NCBI GenBank assembly: GCA_964612555.1
Contig: CAZTBW010000004.1
Location: 34,353-98,352, forward strand
Origin: an uncultured Bdellovibrionales bacterium
GTDB lineage: Bacteria > Bdellovibrionota_C > UBA2361 > SZUA-149 > DAOLCO01
Length of the DNA: 64,000 nt
Direction: 5' to 3'
A program made the position numbers and the translations under genes. The notes beneath the pieces were generated by a model. The model ran no database searches and was not told the DNA's origin. It saw nothing but the letters and a program-made list of their open reading frames with translations. Shown here piece after piece: positions 27,351-37,325 of the stretch; the stretch's first letter is position 1; each line of letters starts with the position of its first letter.

Positions 27351-29093
27351 TCAGGGATTGGAGGTTTTCACATTCACTACCATTTCCTCTTCCCCATCAA
27401 GATATATCCTCGCCCCGGAAATACCAACTGCCGAAAGTGCTTTTATGAAGAGTTCGGGGCTGAATTCAGTTGAAGAAATATCCGTTTGAGCACCAAAGGC
27501 TCCACTCATTGCAAACACCTTATCCAGTGCCTTTGTAAGGGTACTGAAATTTATAAACAATGAACCCAGATCAGTTTTCGCACCGCTCTCGGCAGAAAAA
27601 AGTTTCTTAAGCGAAACCAAAGGTACGGTACCTGAAGCCGAGGGAGACAAGAGCATCTGCACAATATCTCTGGAAGAGGTAACGGCAAGTGTAGCATCTC
27701 CTCTAGAGATAATCGAGACCTCTTCTCCAAGTGCAGTAAGAATAGTACTTGTATCATCACTCATTGCTATCCAGTCCGCACCCGGGGGAACCATGCTGTT
27801 TGACTGTAAGGCGGTTTTTACTATCTCTTTTAGCGCCTCCAAAACCCTCTCCTTATTTTCCACTTCAAGCAGGAAAGATATTGCAGGTACGGGGAGCAGA
27901 CGCTGCGTATCAACTGCGGACAGAAAAAAACCAATAGAGCTAACATCTGAAAGAATACTTAAAAGTCTCGGTTCATAATTTAAAATAATATCCCGATTTT
28001 CCTGCAAAAGCTTTTCAGTGAACAGCTCTGACAACTCCAAAGAAAGAATGGTATTTTGAGGTATCGTCTCTCTTCTCTTAACAGAAGATGTAAGGGTGCC
28101 CTCCTGATCTTCAGACTTTAAAAATTTCCTGATTTTCTCCGATGCCTTCACTCTTAACTCGGCACCATACGTACTCTCAAAACTCTGGTTAAACGCCATC
28201 AACACTTCTTCAGAAGAAGACTTGTCTGATTCCTGCTTTAAAAGTCCCCCACCAAAAGCTTCCTGATGCATACCAAAAGCAAAAGGAAATGCCGTTTCCG
28301 GAGCACCCTTAAGACCACCAAAGATCACACTCTTTTTAAGATATTCCAACTTACCTGCAAGAGAAATAAACTCCCGATCGGAAAATATTTCGGGTAACTT
28401 CCCTTGTCGTTCCAGAAACACTTCTTCGATAACTTCCTTACTGGAAGCTGAAACAATATAAGAATCTTTCAGTCCAAGGTACCTGAAGGCAGGAATGATC
28501 GCCCCTTTATCCTCAAACTCCAACACACTTAACTCCCCGCTTTGTATCACCTTGACGGGAGTCCCCTTTTTACTGACGGCATCCGCTATTTCTTTTGCCT
28601 TACTTCCCAGATTTTCCAGTTTTAATCGGGTAATAAACCCCGCATGGTCTTCATCATTTTCACTTTGCACATCAGATTCTGAATGTACAGACTCAGCACG
28701 AGAGATAAACTGAGCCGACTCCATGGTGTACACATCGGAAACTTTCTTTCCATTTAATAAACCTGCCTCTTCAAGTATTGATTCAAATCCACTGAGAGAA
28801 GAATCGATACGCTCCTTTATTTCATCCGGAAGGCTCTTTTCCCAATATTCTTTCTGCTTCCTGGCAACACCATCAGTATTTAAAAAAAGAAGAAACCCAT
28901 AAGTACGCTTGGGTAACATCGACACCACTGAACCATCAATTGCGCTCAGAAAATCATCAAAGACTGTCTCGGGAGCACTACCGGACAATTTCACCGATTT
29001 CTTTTCTGAAGAAGCATCCTCCTTTTTGGAGCAGGCTCCTGAAAAGATAAATAGTAAGAACAATAAAAATATAGTTGCTTTGTGTATTCTCAT
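27351..29093 (-). CDS. large secreted protein or lipoprotein of unknown function (about 580 aa)
   Basis: Signal peptide MRIHKATIFLLFLLFIFSGAC with a lipobox-like SGAC. The track start at 29096 is a GTG and the ATG is at 29093. I recognise no catalytic motif. Confidence 0.5.
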   Translation of the reverse strand: MRIHKATIFLLFLLFIFSGACSKKEDASSEKKSVKLSGSAPETVFDDFLSAIDGSVVSMLPKRTYGFLLFLNTDGVARKQKEYWEKSLPDEIKERIDSSLSGFESILEEAGLLNGKKVSDVYTMESAQFISRAESVHSESDVQSENDEDHAGFITRLKLENLGSKAKEIADAVSKKGTPVKVIQSGELSVLEFEDKGAIIPAFRYLGLKDSYIVSASSKEVIEEVFLERQGKLPEIFSDREFISLAGKLEYLKKSVIFGGLKGAPETAFPFAFGMHQEAFGGGLLKQESDKSSSEEVLMAFNQSFESTYGAELRVKASEKIRKFLKSEDQEGTLTSSVKRRETIPQNTILSLELSELFTEKLLQENRDIILNYEPRLLSILSDVSSIGFFLSAVDTQRLLPVPAISFLLEVENKERVLEALKEIVKTALQSNSMVPPGADWIAMSDDTSTILTALGEEVSIISRGDATLAVTSSRDIVQMLLSPSASGTVPLVSLKKLFSAESGAKTDLGSLFINFSTLTKALDKVFAMSGAFGAQTDISSTEFSPELFIKALSAVGISGARIYLDGEEEMVVNVKTSNP

Positions 29094-29117
29094 CACTTTT
29101 TTCCGGATATTTAAAAA

Positions 29118-29726
29118 TTACCTACTGCCTGATTTAAAGAAAAATCTAAAATATAAAATTGCCAGGAAGTCATAAATAACATGAAAGATAATTGGTGCCC
29201 ACAAAGAGCCAAATAATTCATATACCAAACCAAACACAATCCCTATCAAAAAATAGAGAATTAAAAGTTGATAAAACCTCCTCAACTCAAAAGCAAAGTG
29301 GGCAAGGGAGAACAGGACACTTGTAAAAATCACACCAAGATAAGGCTGTAATAACCCTCTGAAAAAAAATTCTTCTCCTATACCCGCCGCAAGAGAAATG
29401 ACTACTGCATGCCAGATACCAAGCCTTGAGACAAGAGGAACGATCATCTCATCGATAAAACCGGTCATCCACCTCCACTCTCTCTGATAACTCACCCGTA
29501 CAAGAGCAGTATTACATACAAAAAGAAGAACCGCTAAAAGCACGCCAAAAACAAGCTCTTTGACGTAAGGGTATCTGGGGTATTCTAATCTCCCGAGAAA
29601 AAAAGAAGTTACCAGGTAAATCAGGAGTAAAACTCCTTCACAGAGCAGGGCAATAATAATAAGTTGATCTGGAGAAATACCGTCCAGATCTATTACTGGA
29701 TCAGCCTTGTTTTTTGGTGTATTCAT
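29118..29726 (-). CDS. CPBP (CAAX-type) intramembrane metalloprotease family protein
   Basis: Motifs GIGEEFFFRGLLQ (EExxxR), SLAHFAF (FxxxH) and FHVIYDF (HxxxD/N). Confidence 0.85.
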   Translation of the reverse strand: MNTPKNKADPVIDLDGISPDQLIIIALLCEGVLLLIYLVTSFFLGRLEYPRYPYVKELVFGVLLAVLLFVCNTALVRVSYQREWRWMTGFIDEMIVPLVSRLGIWHAVVISLAAGIGEEFFFRGLLQPYLGVIFTSVLFSLAHFAFELRRFYQLLILYFLIGIVFGLVYELFGSLWAPIIFHVIYDFLAILYFRFFFKSGSR

Positions 29727-29881
29727 TATTAACAGCTTTTAGCATAACGTATTGAGGGTGAGTCAATATATTACCTTATACATGTCAATTTTAGGCTATT
29801 TTTTTATGAATTTAAGACCGATATCCTGATTGGTGTATTTTTAATCAATAACCCGGATTATCATTTTTCTGAACCTCGATA

Positions 29882-31504
29882 ATGAAACTATCTCCTTCTA
29901 ACATATCGGCACTAGAAAAGATCAAGGAAGGGAATGAGCTGGAAAAAGCCCTGAAGGATTGCCAGCGTCAAGAATTATTATCATTATACACCCCGAAAAA
30001 TATTGCCCTTGCAAGTGAGCATATTGAAACACTTCTGGAGGAGCACTCTGATGATGATGTGCTTCGCTTGTTATGGGCACACGCTCAAATCAGTAAAGAC
30101 ATTCTGCCTCTCTCTTTTATCGCTTCATCGGTATATGAAGTGCTCCTGAAAAACGAAATTCTGGAAAAAGCTCCTCGCCTGACGTTTCTCGTAGTGGCGC
30201 CTCTGGCACTTCAACTTGGCACCCATAAAGAGTATCGCATTGGCTTACTTATCCTCGGTCATATACTTTCATCTCATACCCCGCATTTTTTCATGACAGA
30301 AGAAGAGCGACACGCCTTCTTTGAGCTTATAGACTGGTTTATACAGGAAGAGAAAACTCTTGCAATCGAGCGCAAGGAAGCAAAAAATTATTTTGACTTT
30401 ATCGCTTCAGTCTCAGACAATCTCGCTAAAGCCCTCACCAAAAACAACTTAAACATTTCCGGCTCAAACATTTCTATTTCAGATACCGACTCTCACCCAC
30501 TCGATCAACATTCAGCCCCGACATATAAACCCGGGATGTCTGAAGACTATACCCTTGGCGAACCTACGGAAGCCTTTAAAAAATCAGAACTCCCACCTTT
30601 ACCGGACGGTACGGTTACTCACACAGCACACTCCTCTTCACTCAAAGCTTATTTTTATCCTCTTTCTTTTTTCATTCTGGTTTTTGCCTTATTTTATAAC
30701 AGGGAAAGCATAGCCGCCTTTACTTCATCACTCTTTCCTGCAAAAATTCCTCTTGAAGAGAGACTGCTCTTGTCGCTGAATCAGAATAAAACCAATGCCC
30801 CCCGGATAAATCCGCTTCCTCCATTTTATTCCCTGTCTATTTCTGCAAACAGTTCACTTGAAAAGATCAATGAGCGTCTGAAAAATATTTCTTCCGGAAG
30901 TGGTGAAACAAGCAGAAGCGACTCCACCCCACCTGTTTCCGGAACCTATTCCGAGCTTGAGGATCTAGAGCCACTGAACAATATTCCTGAAAACGGCGGC
31001 GTCATTCCGGAAGGGAACATTCCCGAGGCAAAACCAATACCCACATTTAAAGGAACTCCCTCCGCATCTTCCATACATTCCCAGAGCACTGAAAATCTTG
31101 GTGGCACTGAAAAAGTTCAGGACATATCCGGAAAGGCACCCCCTCCCTCACTTCCTCCCCATACACGCAACCAGCAAGCGCAAAATCAGGGAACTCCGGC
31201 AAGACAATCAAACTCCTCAGAACCAAATGAACTTCCAAACAGACCTCAATACCCGGTACTGAACGAAAACGATGTAGAAAAATTCAACCCACCCCTTGTT
31301 TTTGAAACAATTTCAGCCACCAACGTACTCTCAGCCCCCACCTTCTTTTCTCCAAGCATTGTCCGCCTCCAGGCACAAAGCCTTATTGAAGTCACTGCAA
31401 GAATCGGAGTATGGCTAGAAATCCGCTCCAACGCCGGACAAACAGGATACATCCTCGCCCAGGACGCAAAACAATCAGACCGACCCAATAGAAGACTTCA
31501 GTAG
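29882..31504 (+). CDS. bitopic membrane protein: helical N-terminal domain, one TM helix, a Pro/Ser/Asn-rich linker and a C-terminal SH3b-like domain
   Basis: 540 aa. TM helix YFYPLSFFILVFALFY. The C-terminus VRLQAQSLIEVTARIGVWLEIRSNAGQTGYILAQD resembles bacterial SH3. Confidence 0.45.
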   Translation: MKLSPSNISALEKIKEGNELEKALKDCQRQELLSLYTPKNIALASEHIETLLEEHSDDDVLRLLWAHAQISKDILPLSFIASSVYEVLLKNEILEKAPRLTFLVVAPLALQLGTHKEYRIGLLILGHILSSHTPHFFMTEEERHAFFELIDWFIQEEKTLAIERKEAKNYFDFIASVSDNLAKALTKNNLNISGSNISISDTDSHPLDQHSAPTYKPGMSEDYTLGEPTEAFKKSELPPLPDGTVTHTAHSSSLKAYFYPLSFFILVFALFYNRESIAAFTSSLFPAKIPLEERLLLSLNQNKTNAPRINPLPPFYSLSISANSSLEKINERLKNISSGSGETSRSDSTPPVSGTYSELEDLEPLNNIPENGGVIPEGNIPEAKPIPTFKGTPSASSIHSQSTENLGGTEKVQDISGKAPPPSLPPHTRNQQAQNQGTPARQSNSSEPNELPNRPQYPVLNENDVEKFNPPLVFETISATNVLSAPTFFSPSIVRLQAQSLIEVTARIGVWLEIRSNAGQTGYILAQDAKQSDRPNRRLQ

Positions 31505-31520
31505 ATTAGCCCGCTAAAGA

Positions 31521-32666
31521 TCAATTTTCATCTTTGGGCTGATAAAGAAAAGGACTGTTTTCTGATTTCAGATTATCTGCCTTCATCAAAAGCTCGACTG
31601 TTTCATTGTACCCGAGTTCAATAAGGGCGCTGATGTACTCCGGGTGTAGTGCGGCATAAGAAAGTACTTCATAGGCAAGCTCTTCACCCATTTTGTGTTT
31701 AAGAATCCTGAAAATAGGCCACGTTGGTCCAAGCGCATCAATAAAATTCTTTGTGGATTTACCAACTGCCTGTTTCAGCAGAGTTCCAAATGGAGACGTG
31801 TTCACCACCTCGAACATTCTTGAAGGCATCACACAAAAACTGGATTCCCGGGCGAGTATTTCCCAGTCCGGTCTTGTATCGTGTGGTTCTCCATAATGAT
31901 CAAACCACCACCGTCTGCCGGACGAATCAAGAAGAAGTATCGCATCTGCCCCTAAACGAAGCGCGGGGTCGACAGGGATGTTATCACAAATACCGCCATC
32001 AACAAGTCGAACCTCATGCTTCTCAAGATTAAGATCAACTGCCGGAAGAACGGAGGGGAGCGCAGCAGAAGCAAAACCATGAGAGGCAGTAAGTTCATCA
32101 AGACAGAGTAGTTCAAAATTTGCCCCTGCAAGAGACTCCTCTCCGGGAACCTCTTTACATACCGCAAGTAAAAGTGCCTTTCTCTCCACCCCTTCCATCG
32201 TAGTCATCACGGCAACAGAAGAAAGATCAGAAGGCAAGGAACCCGCAGTTAAACCCCCAAGTGCGCGGATTGCTTCATTTACCTCATTTTTAAGAGGGGT
32301 AGGGTCAAAAATAGAAACGGTACTTGCAACAGGACCGGGAGAGCGATAACGAAGCATTGCAACCTGAATCGCACGAAGAAAGGTTTTGGACATATGTCCT
32401 GAAAAAGTATTGCGATATGTTCTTTTAATCCATAGCTCTTCAAGGAGATTCAATGAATGACTCAAGGGGTGTCTAAGACCTGCACTGAGAATAAGCGAAT
32501 TAACCGCACCGATACTTGTGCCGACCACCACCTTGATCTTCTCCTGAGACACACTCGTGTGATCGTAAATAGCCTTTAAAGCCCCGACCTGATACGCAGC
32601 CCGTGAGCCACCTCCTGAAAGAACAATCCCTAAATTTGAACCTGCTATGTTTTTATCTTTATCCAC
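31521..32666 (-). CDS. patatin-like phospholipase
   Basis: GGGSRAAYQVG (oxyanion GGGxR), GTSIGA (GxSxG) and VDGGICDN (DGG). GTG start. Confidence 0.85.
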   Translation of the reverse strand: MDKDKNIAGSNLGIVLSGGGSRAAYQVGALKAIYDHTSVSQEKIKVVVGTSIGAVNSLILSAGLRHPLSHSLNLLEELWIKRTYRNTFSGHMSKTFLRAIQVAMLRYRSPGPVASTVSIFDPTPLKNEVNEAIRALGGLTAGSLPSDLSSVAVMTTMEGVERKALLLAVCKEVPGEESLAGANFELLCLDELTASHGFASAALPSVLPAVDLNLEKHEVRLVDGGICDNIPVDPALRLGADAILLLDSSGRRWWFDHYGEPHDTRPDWEILARESSFCVMPSRMFEVVNTSPFGTLLKQAVGKSTKNFIDALGPTWPIFRILKHKMGEELAYEVLSYAALHPEYISALIELGYNETVELLMKADNLKSENSPFLYQPKDEN

Positions 32667-32780
32667 TTCGTTCCCTGTCTCATGAGAAGATGCTCACCTC
32701 TCTACTCCCAGTATACCTTATTTTTAGATTCCTGAAGATACCAATTTTATCCTTTTATTTTACTCTAGAATGACCTTTCA

Positions 32781-33527
32781 TTATGGCGCTCCCATATAAC
32801 TGCACCAGATAAAATACTCCTGATTCTCACTCTTCTTGCCCTTAAGTCTGGAAGGAAGGAGACCTTTCTCCTTCATATGATGAGTACCCAGAACTTCTCT
32901 TACCCTGGAAAACGCAATTTCAGCATCCGAAGGGTTTTTTAATATCCCTCCATCGGCAATATAATGTGGTTCAAGCTCGAATTGAGGCTTGATAAGCATC
33001 AAAAGATCAGCTCCATTTGAAATCACCTCTGCAAGAAAAGGAATGACTTTTGAAAGACTAATAAAACTGACATCCACAACGACAAAATCAGGAACAGGCT
33101 CGAACCCTATAGTGGATAATGCATTTGCATGAGTTTTTTCGTAGACCCTTACCCGAGAATCAATTCTGAGCTTATGGTCAAGCTGATTAGTCCCGACATC
33201 AACTGCATACACCAGAGACGCTCCATGCTGAAGCAGACAATCAGTAAACCCCCCCGTTGATGAACCCAGATCAAGACACACCCTTCCTTCAGGGCTCAGC
33301 AAAAACTCCTCAAGTGCACCCTCAAGTTTTTCCCCACCACGACCTACGTAGCGAGAATTTCCACCTCTGATTCGAATATCAGCATCAAGAGGCACCATTG
33401 TTCCGGATTTTGTAATGGGGACGTTATGAACCAACACTTCGCCGGCAAGAATCAATGCCTGCCCCTTCTCACGTGTCGGTACAAGCTTTCTTTCCAGTAA
33501 AAGCTTATCTAATCGCTGTTTACTCAC
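32781..33527 (-). CDS. tlyA: TlyA-family rRNA 2'-O-methyltransferase (haemolysin A-like)
   Basis: S4-like N-terminus SKQRLDKLLLERKLV plus an FtsJ-type methyltransferase (CLDLGSSTGGFTDCLL). GTG start. Confidence 0.85.
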   Translation of the reverse strand: MSKQRLDKLLLERKLVPTREKGQALILAGEVLVHNVPITKSGTMVPLDADIRIRGGNSRYVGRGGEKLEGALEEFLLSPEGRVCLDLGSSTGGFTDCLLQHGASLVYAVDVGTNQLDHKLRIDSRVRVYEKTHANALSTIGFEPVPDFVVVDVSFISLSKVIPFLAEVISNGADLLMLIKPQFELEPHYIADGGILKNPSDAEIAFSRVREVLGTHHMKEKGLLPSRLKGKKSENQEYFIWCSYMGAP

Positions 33528-33540
33528 TCAGACAGAGACA

Positions 33541-35028
33541 CTACTCAACGATACTCATAATATCAGCTTCATCCTCTTCCTCTTCAGAATCCCCTCTTTC
33601 ATTCCCGGCAGCAGGTAATGACAAACCGGTTTTCCCGAAACGATCCCAGGCAACAAGCAGCTTATACGCTTCATCAAGCTGAGAATCCAGTGAAAGCAGA
33701 TTAGCCAAATCCATTTTCATAAGAGAGCGAACCGTAATAGGCTCTCTCTCATCGGCATTCAGAGTTTCCCCACTCCCGGACTTTCCCTGATCAGGTTTCA
33801 CTGATGGATTTTTTATCGCACCGGGAAGGTCTTTTTCCTTAACCCGAGGCTGTGCCAGCGGAAGAGACTGCTCAGCCTGAGTTCTATCTTCCGGAGATAC
33901 CACTTTTAACTCGACTTCAATATCAGGCTTGATTCCTTCAGCCTGAATAGACCTTCCACTCTTGGTATAATAAAGCGCAGTGGTAAGTCGCAGCGCATCT
34001 CCCGACTCCATAGGGAGTACTGTCTGCACACTCCCCTTACCAAATGTCTGTTTACCCATGATCAACGCACGACCATGGTCCTGCAAAGCCCCGGCAATGA
34101 TTTCAGAGGCAGAGGCAGAACCCTCATTAACAAGTACTATTATTGGATATTCAGGCTCCATAGCATCATTATGAGCAAAAAATTTCTGCTTCTGACTTTC
34201 CAGACGCCCCTCGGTGTACACCACCACACCTTCCTTAAGAAAAAGATCAGCAATACGAATCGCCTGATTTAAAAGTCCACCGGGGTTATTTCGAACATCA
34301 ATGATAAGCCCTTTTAAACCGATCTTGCCATTTAAACCATCAAGATCCTTCAGTGCCTGACGGAACTCATCTGAAGAACCCTCCTGAAACTGCGCAAGAC
34401 GAATATATCCATACTCCTTTCCGAGCGAACGGTACCGCACACTCTTTACCTTGATAATATCCCGCACTACCGCAATTGGCAGTAAGTCTTTTCTTCCTTT
34501 TCTATTAATGGAAATCATAACGGAAGTCCCTTTTGGACCTCGCATTCTTTTTACCGCATCCTCAAGAGAAAGATTCTTCGTAAACTCATCCTCGATCTTG
34601 ATAATCTGATCTCCTGCTTTCACACCGGCTCTGAATGCGGGGGAATCTTCAATAGGAGCTACTACAGTAAGTACTCCCTCTTTAACTGTTATCTCAATAC
34701 CAAGACCACCAAATTCACCCGAGGTTTCTTCTCTCAGTGAATCATAATGTTGCTTGTTCATGTATCCGGTATGAGGATCAAGAGTGGAGAGCATCCCCTT
34801 GATGGCACCTTCAACAAGACTTTCAATATCCACCATCTCAACGTAGTTCTTCTCAACAAGCCCTAAAACATCTGAAAATGTTTTTAAAATTCTATATTCG
34901 TCCTTGGAATCATTCTGGACAGCTTCAGCCAGCTCTATGGTCTTTGCAAAAGCAAAACCGAGAAGAAAAGTAAACAGGAGAAAAACAAAGGATTTAAATG
35001 TACTATTTATGTGTCTCATCTTATGCAC
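33541..35028 (-). CDS. ctpA: carboxy-terminal processing (S41) peptidase
   Basis: PDZ segment plus NEGSASASEIIAGALQD and GKQTFGKGSVQ. Has a signal peptide. Start is the GTG at 35028 or the ATG at 35019. Confidence 0.9.
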   Translation of the reverse strand: MHKMRHINSTFKSFVFLLFTFLLGFAFAKTIELAEAVQNDSKDEYRILKTFSDVLGLVEKNYVEMVDIESLVEGAIKGMLSTLDPHTGYMNKQHYDSLREETSGEFGGLGIEITVKEGVLTVVAPIEDSPAFRAGVKAGDQIIKIEDEFTKNLSLEDAVKRMRGPKGTSVMISINRKGRKDLLPIAVVRDIIKVKSVRYRSLGKEYGYIRLAQFQEGSSDEFRQALKDLDGLNGKIGLKGLIIDVRNNPGGLLNQAIRIADLFLKEGVVVYTEGRLESQKQKFFAHNDAMEPEYPIIVLVNEGSASASEIIAGALQDHGRALIMGKQTFGKGSVQTVLPMESGDALRLTTALYYTKSGRSIQAEGIKPDIEVELKVVSPEDRTQAEQSLPLAQPRVKEKDLPGAIKNPSVKPDQGKSGSGETLNADEREPITVRSLMKMDLANLLSLDSQLDEAYKLLVAWDRFGKTGLSLPAAGNERGDSEEEEDEADIMSIVE

Positions 35029-35123
35029 TTAATTATTTTAGCCTGACACTAATGAATATGATTATTGTGTTTAAGATTACTTGGGATTAGCAAAAGATAC
35101 AAGTTATTGTAAATAAACGCTTA

Positions 35124-36323
35124 CTATTGATATTTCACAAGATATTTCTCAGGATTCAGGGGTTTACCTTCTTTTCTGATTTCAAAATAAAAATTTCTGC
35201 CCTTTATGTCCGGCACAGAAGTCCTGCCCACAATATCTCCCGCTTCAACCCTCTCATCTATAAACTTTTCCGGCACTATTCTCCCATAGAGAGTATAAAA
35301 TTCAGCAGGATGCTCAATAATTAAAACATTTCCGAAACCAGGTAATTCCGAGTTAAATACTACAGTTCCATTTGAAACCGCCCTGACGCTGCTTCCTTCA
35401 ATTGTGGCAACTTCAATTCCTTTTACAAAAATTATATCAGAAAACTCATCATGCTTCTGCTTCCCAAAATGTTGCACCACGGTTCCTTTCTCGACCGGAA
35501 AAGGAAGGGAGCCTGAAGTAAATCCGGGGGATGCCGGCACACCCTGAGTTTTCTTCTCTGCCTTTCTGACTCCACCTGTGATTTTTTGAATTACCTCCTC
35601 CAGATTACGCTCTTCCTTACGATAAGAAAGAAGAACGCTTTCCTTTTTTTTGATCGTTTCCGAAAGTTCTTTTACAAAACGAGCCGCCTCAAGCTGTCTC
35701 GGAAGAAGGTCTTTTCTTATATTTGCGATACGCTTCTGGGTCTCTTCCTCCTCCAGTTTCAATTTATCGAGATCAAAAGAGGTAAGAGAAAGAGTTTCAA
35801 GCAAGATCTTGTATTCCTGAAGTTGCTCATTATCATTTTCTACAAGTCGTTTCAGGTAATCTGCCCGTTTGTAAAAAGAATTAAGCTCAGATGAGATCAA
35901 AAGAAAACTTATCGATGTAAGCTTTCTCCTTGATTTATACATTTGAGTTATTCTATTGGAAAATGAGTCTTTTTTCAGGCTTATCTGTGAAGTGATATCC
36001 TGAATCTGTAGTTCAAGTGAATCAATCTGCGTAAGAAGCGATGCGAGCGATTGTACGCTCATTCCCTCATCTTTCTTTAATTTGGCAAGCTCACCTTCAA
36101 CCACGGTCAATTTAGCCTGTGCCTGCTCTGAATCTTTTTTAATACTACGCATCTCATGCTCGATTCGGGATATTTTCTTTTTAAGCTCCTTCAACTCACC
36201 AGCGTATTTTCCGGTAGAAGACATATCAGCAGCGTCCTGAGCAAAGAGCGAAGAGAACCCGGATATACCACAAAACAGAAATATGATTACCGCAAAAAAA
36301 ACACTGGGAAAAACTATCTTCAT
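35124..36323 (-). CDS. envC: EnvC-like murein hydrolase activator (coiled coil plus degenerate LytM/M23 domain)
   Basis: Signal peptide, a long coiled coil and a C-terminal LytM fold. The catalytic positions appear substituted (FYFEIR instead of HFE; no clean HxxxD). Confidence 0.8.
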   Translation of the reverse strand: MKIVFPSVFFAVIIFLFCGISGFSSLFAQDAADMSSTGKYAGELKELKKKISRIEHEMRSIKKDSEQAQAKLTVVEGELAKLKKDEGMSVQSLASLLTQIDSLELQIQDITSQISLKKDSFSNRITQMYKSRRKLTSISFLLISSELNSFYKRADYLKRLVENDNEQLQEYKILLETLSLTSFDLDKLKLEEEETQKRIANIRKDLLPRQLEAARFVKELSETIKKKESVLLSYRKEERNLEEVIQKITGGVRKAEKKTQGVPASPGFTSGSLPFPVEKGTVVQHFGKQKHDEFSDIIFVKGIEVATIEGSSVRAVSNGTVVFNSELPGFGNVLIIEHPAEFYTLYGRIVPEKFIDERVEAGDIVGRTSVPDIKGRNFYFEIRKEGKPLNPEKYLVKYQ

Positions 36324-36328
36324 GCTAG

Positions 36329-37324
36329 CTACTCAGTCCACTTTAACATTGCAAAGTAACTGCCAACAACACCAAGAAGCCCCCCAAGCCCTATCACAAG
36401 AACCGAGTACCAGACGCCCAAAAACGAAAACACTTCATAGGCAACCCCAACCACCAGAAACGAATTCAAAGGCACAAGAAAAGTACTAAACAAAACATAA
36501 CAGATAGCAAGAGCAGTCACTCCACCCAACAATCCCTGCAACATTCCACTGATCACATAGGGCACTATAACCAAATTTCTGGGAGCTCCCACAAGCTGCA
36601 TAATATCAATTTCTTCTTTTTGAGATAGAAGCATCAGCTTGACCGTATTTGCCACAATAAACACCATCACAGAAAGTACAATGAGAAACACCACAAGAGA
36701 CATTCTCTGAAGCCCTTCACGAAATCGCTCCGCAGCATCAGCCCAGGGAGCACCCAGGGTGACTTCATCAACCGTTTCAAATTTTCTTAGCGTCTCCTGG
36801 ACAAGAGAAAGACTTTCTTTTGTATCAAGCTCTTCCCTGATGCTGAACTCAATAGCATGAGGAAGGGGGTTCTCATCAAGACCTTTAAGAATCATGGCAT
36901 CAGAACCGAAGTCCTGCCTGAAGAGATCAAGCGCTTCTTCTTTTGAAATAAATCTGGTAACACCCGTAAGTCCGCTTTCTGCAAGCACCTTATGTACTTC
37001 ATGCATCTTTTCCGGCTCAGCACTTTTCTTGAAGTAGACCATCCCTTCATTGGAAGGACCAACCTGTGAAAGAAGTCGTCCGATGTTATAGTCAAAAAGA
37101 AGAAAGAGAGTCAGCATAAACAAGGAAGAAGACACAATAATATAAGAAGAGAGCGTACTTAAAGGCTCGGAAGCAAGAACATTCCAGGTTCTTGAAATAA
37201 TATTAAAATAAAATGAAAAATTGGATTCAAGTGGAAGCTCCTGCTCTTCCTCCCAATACTCCGTCAAAAATGTAGAGTTAAAAGGCACTTCAACTTCCCG
37301 AATCGGTATTGATCTCTGTCCCAT
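36329..37324 (-). CDS. ftsX: cell-division permease-like protein FtsX
   Basis: Four-TM FtsX topology with a large first periplasmic loop. Lies 1 nt after the ftsE stop. Confidence 0.88.
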   Translation of the reverse strand: MGQRSIPIREVEVPFNSTFLTEYWEEEQELPLESNFSFYFNIISRTWNVLASEPLSTLSSYIIVSSSLFMLTLFLLFDYNIGRLLSQVGPSNEGMVYFKKSAEPEKMHEVHKVLAESGLTGVTRFISKEEALDLFRQDFGSDAMILKGLDENPLPHAIEFSIREELDTKESLSLVQETLRKFETVDEVTLGAPWADAAERFREGLQRMSLVVFLIVLSVMVFIVANTVKLMLLSQKEEIDIMQLVGAPRNLVIVPYVISGMLQGLLGGVTALAICYVLFSTFLVPLNSFLVVGVAYEVFSFLGVWYSVLVIGLGGLLGVVGSYFAMLKWTE

Positions 37325-37325
37325 C

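Noticed and set aside
30201-30220. Sigma54-like TGGCAC-n5-CTTGG (also 46850-46865, TGGCAC-n4-CTGCA).
   Set aside because: Both lie inside coding sequences, deviate from TGGCAC-n5-TTGCW, and have no downstream gene start.
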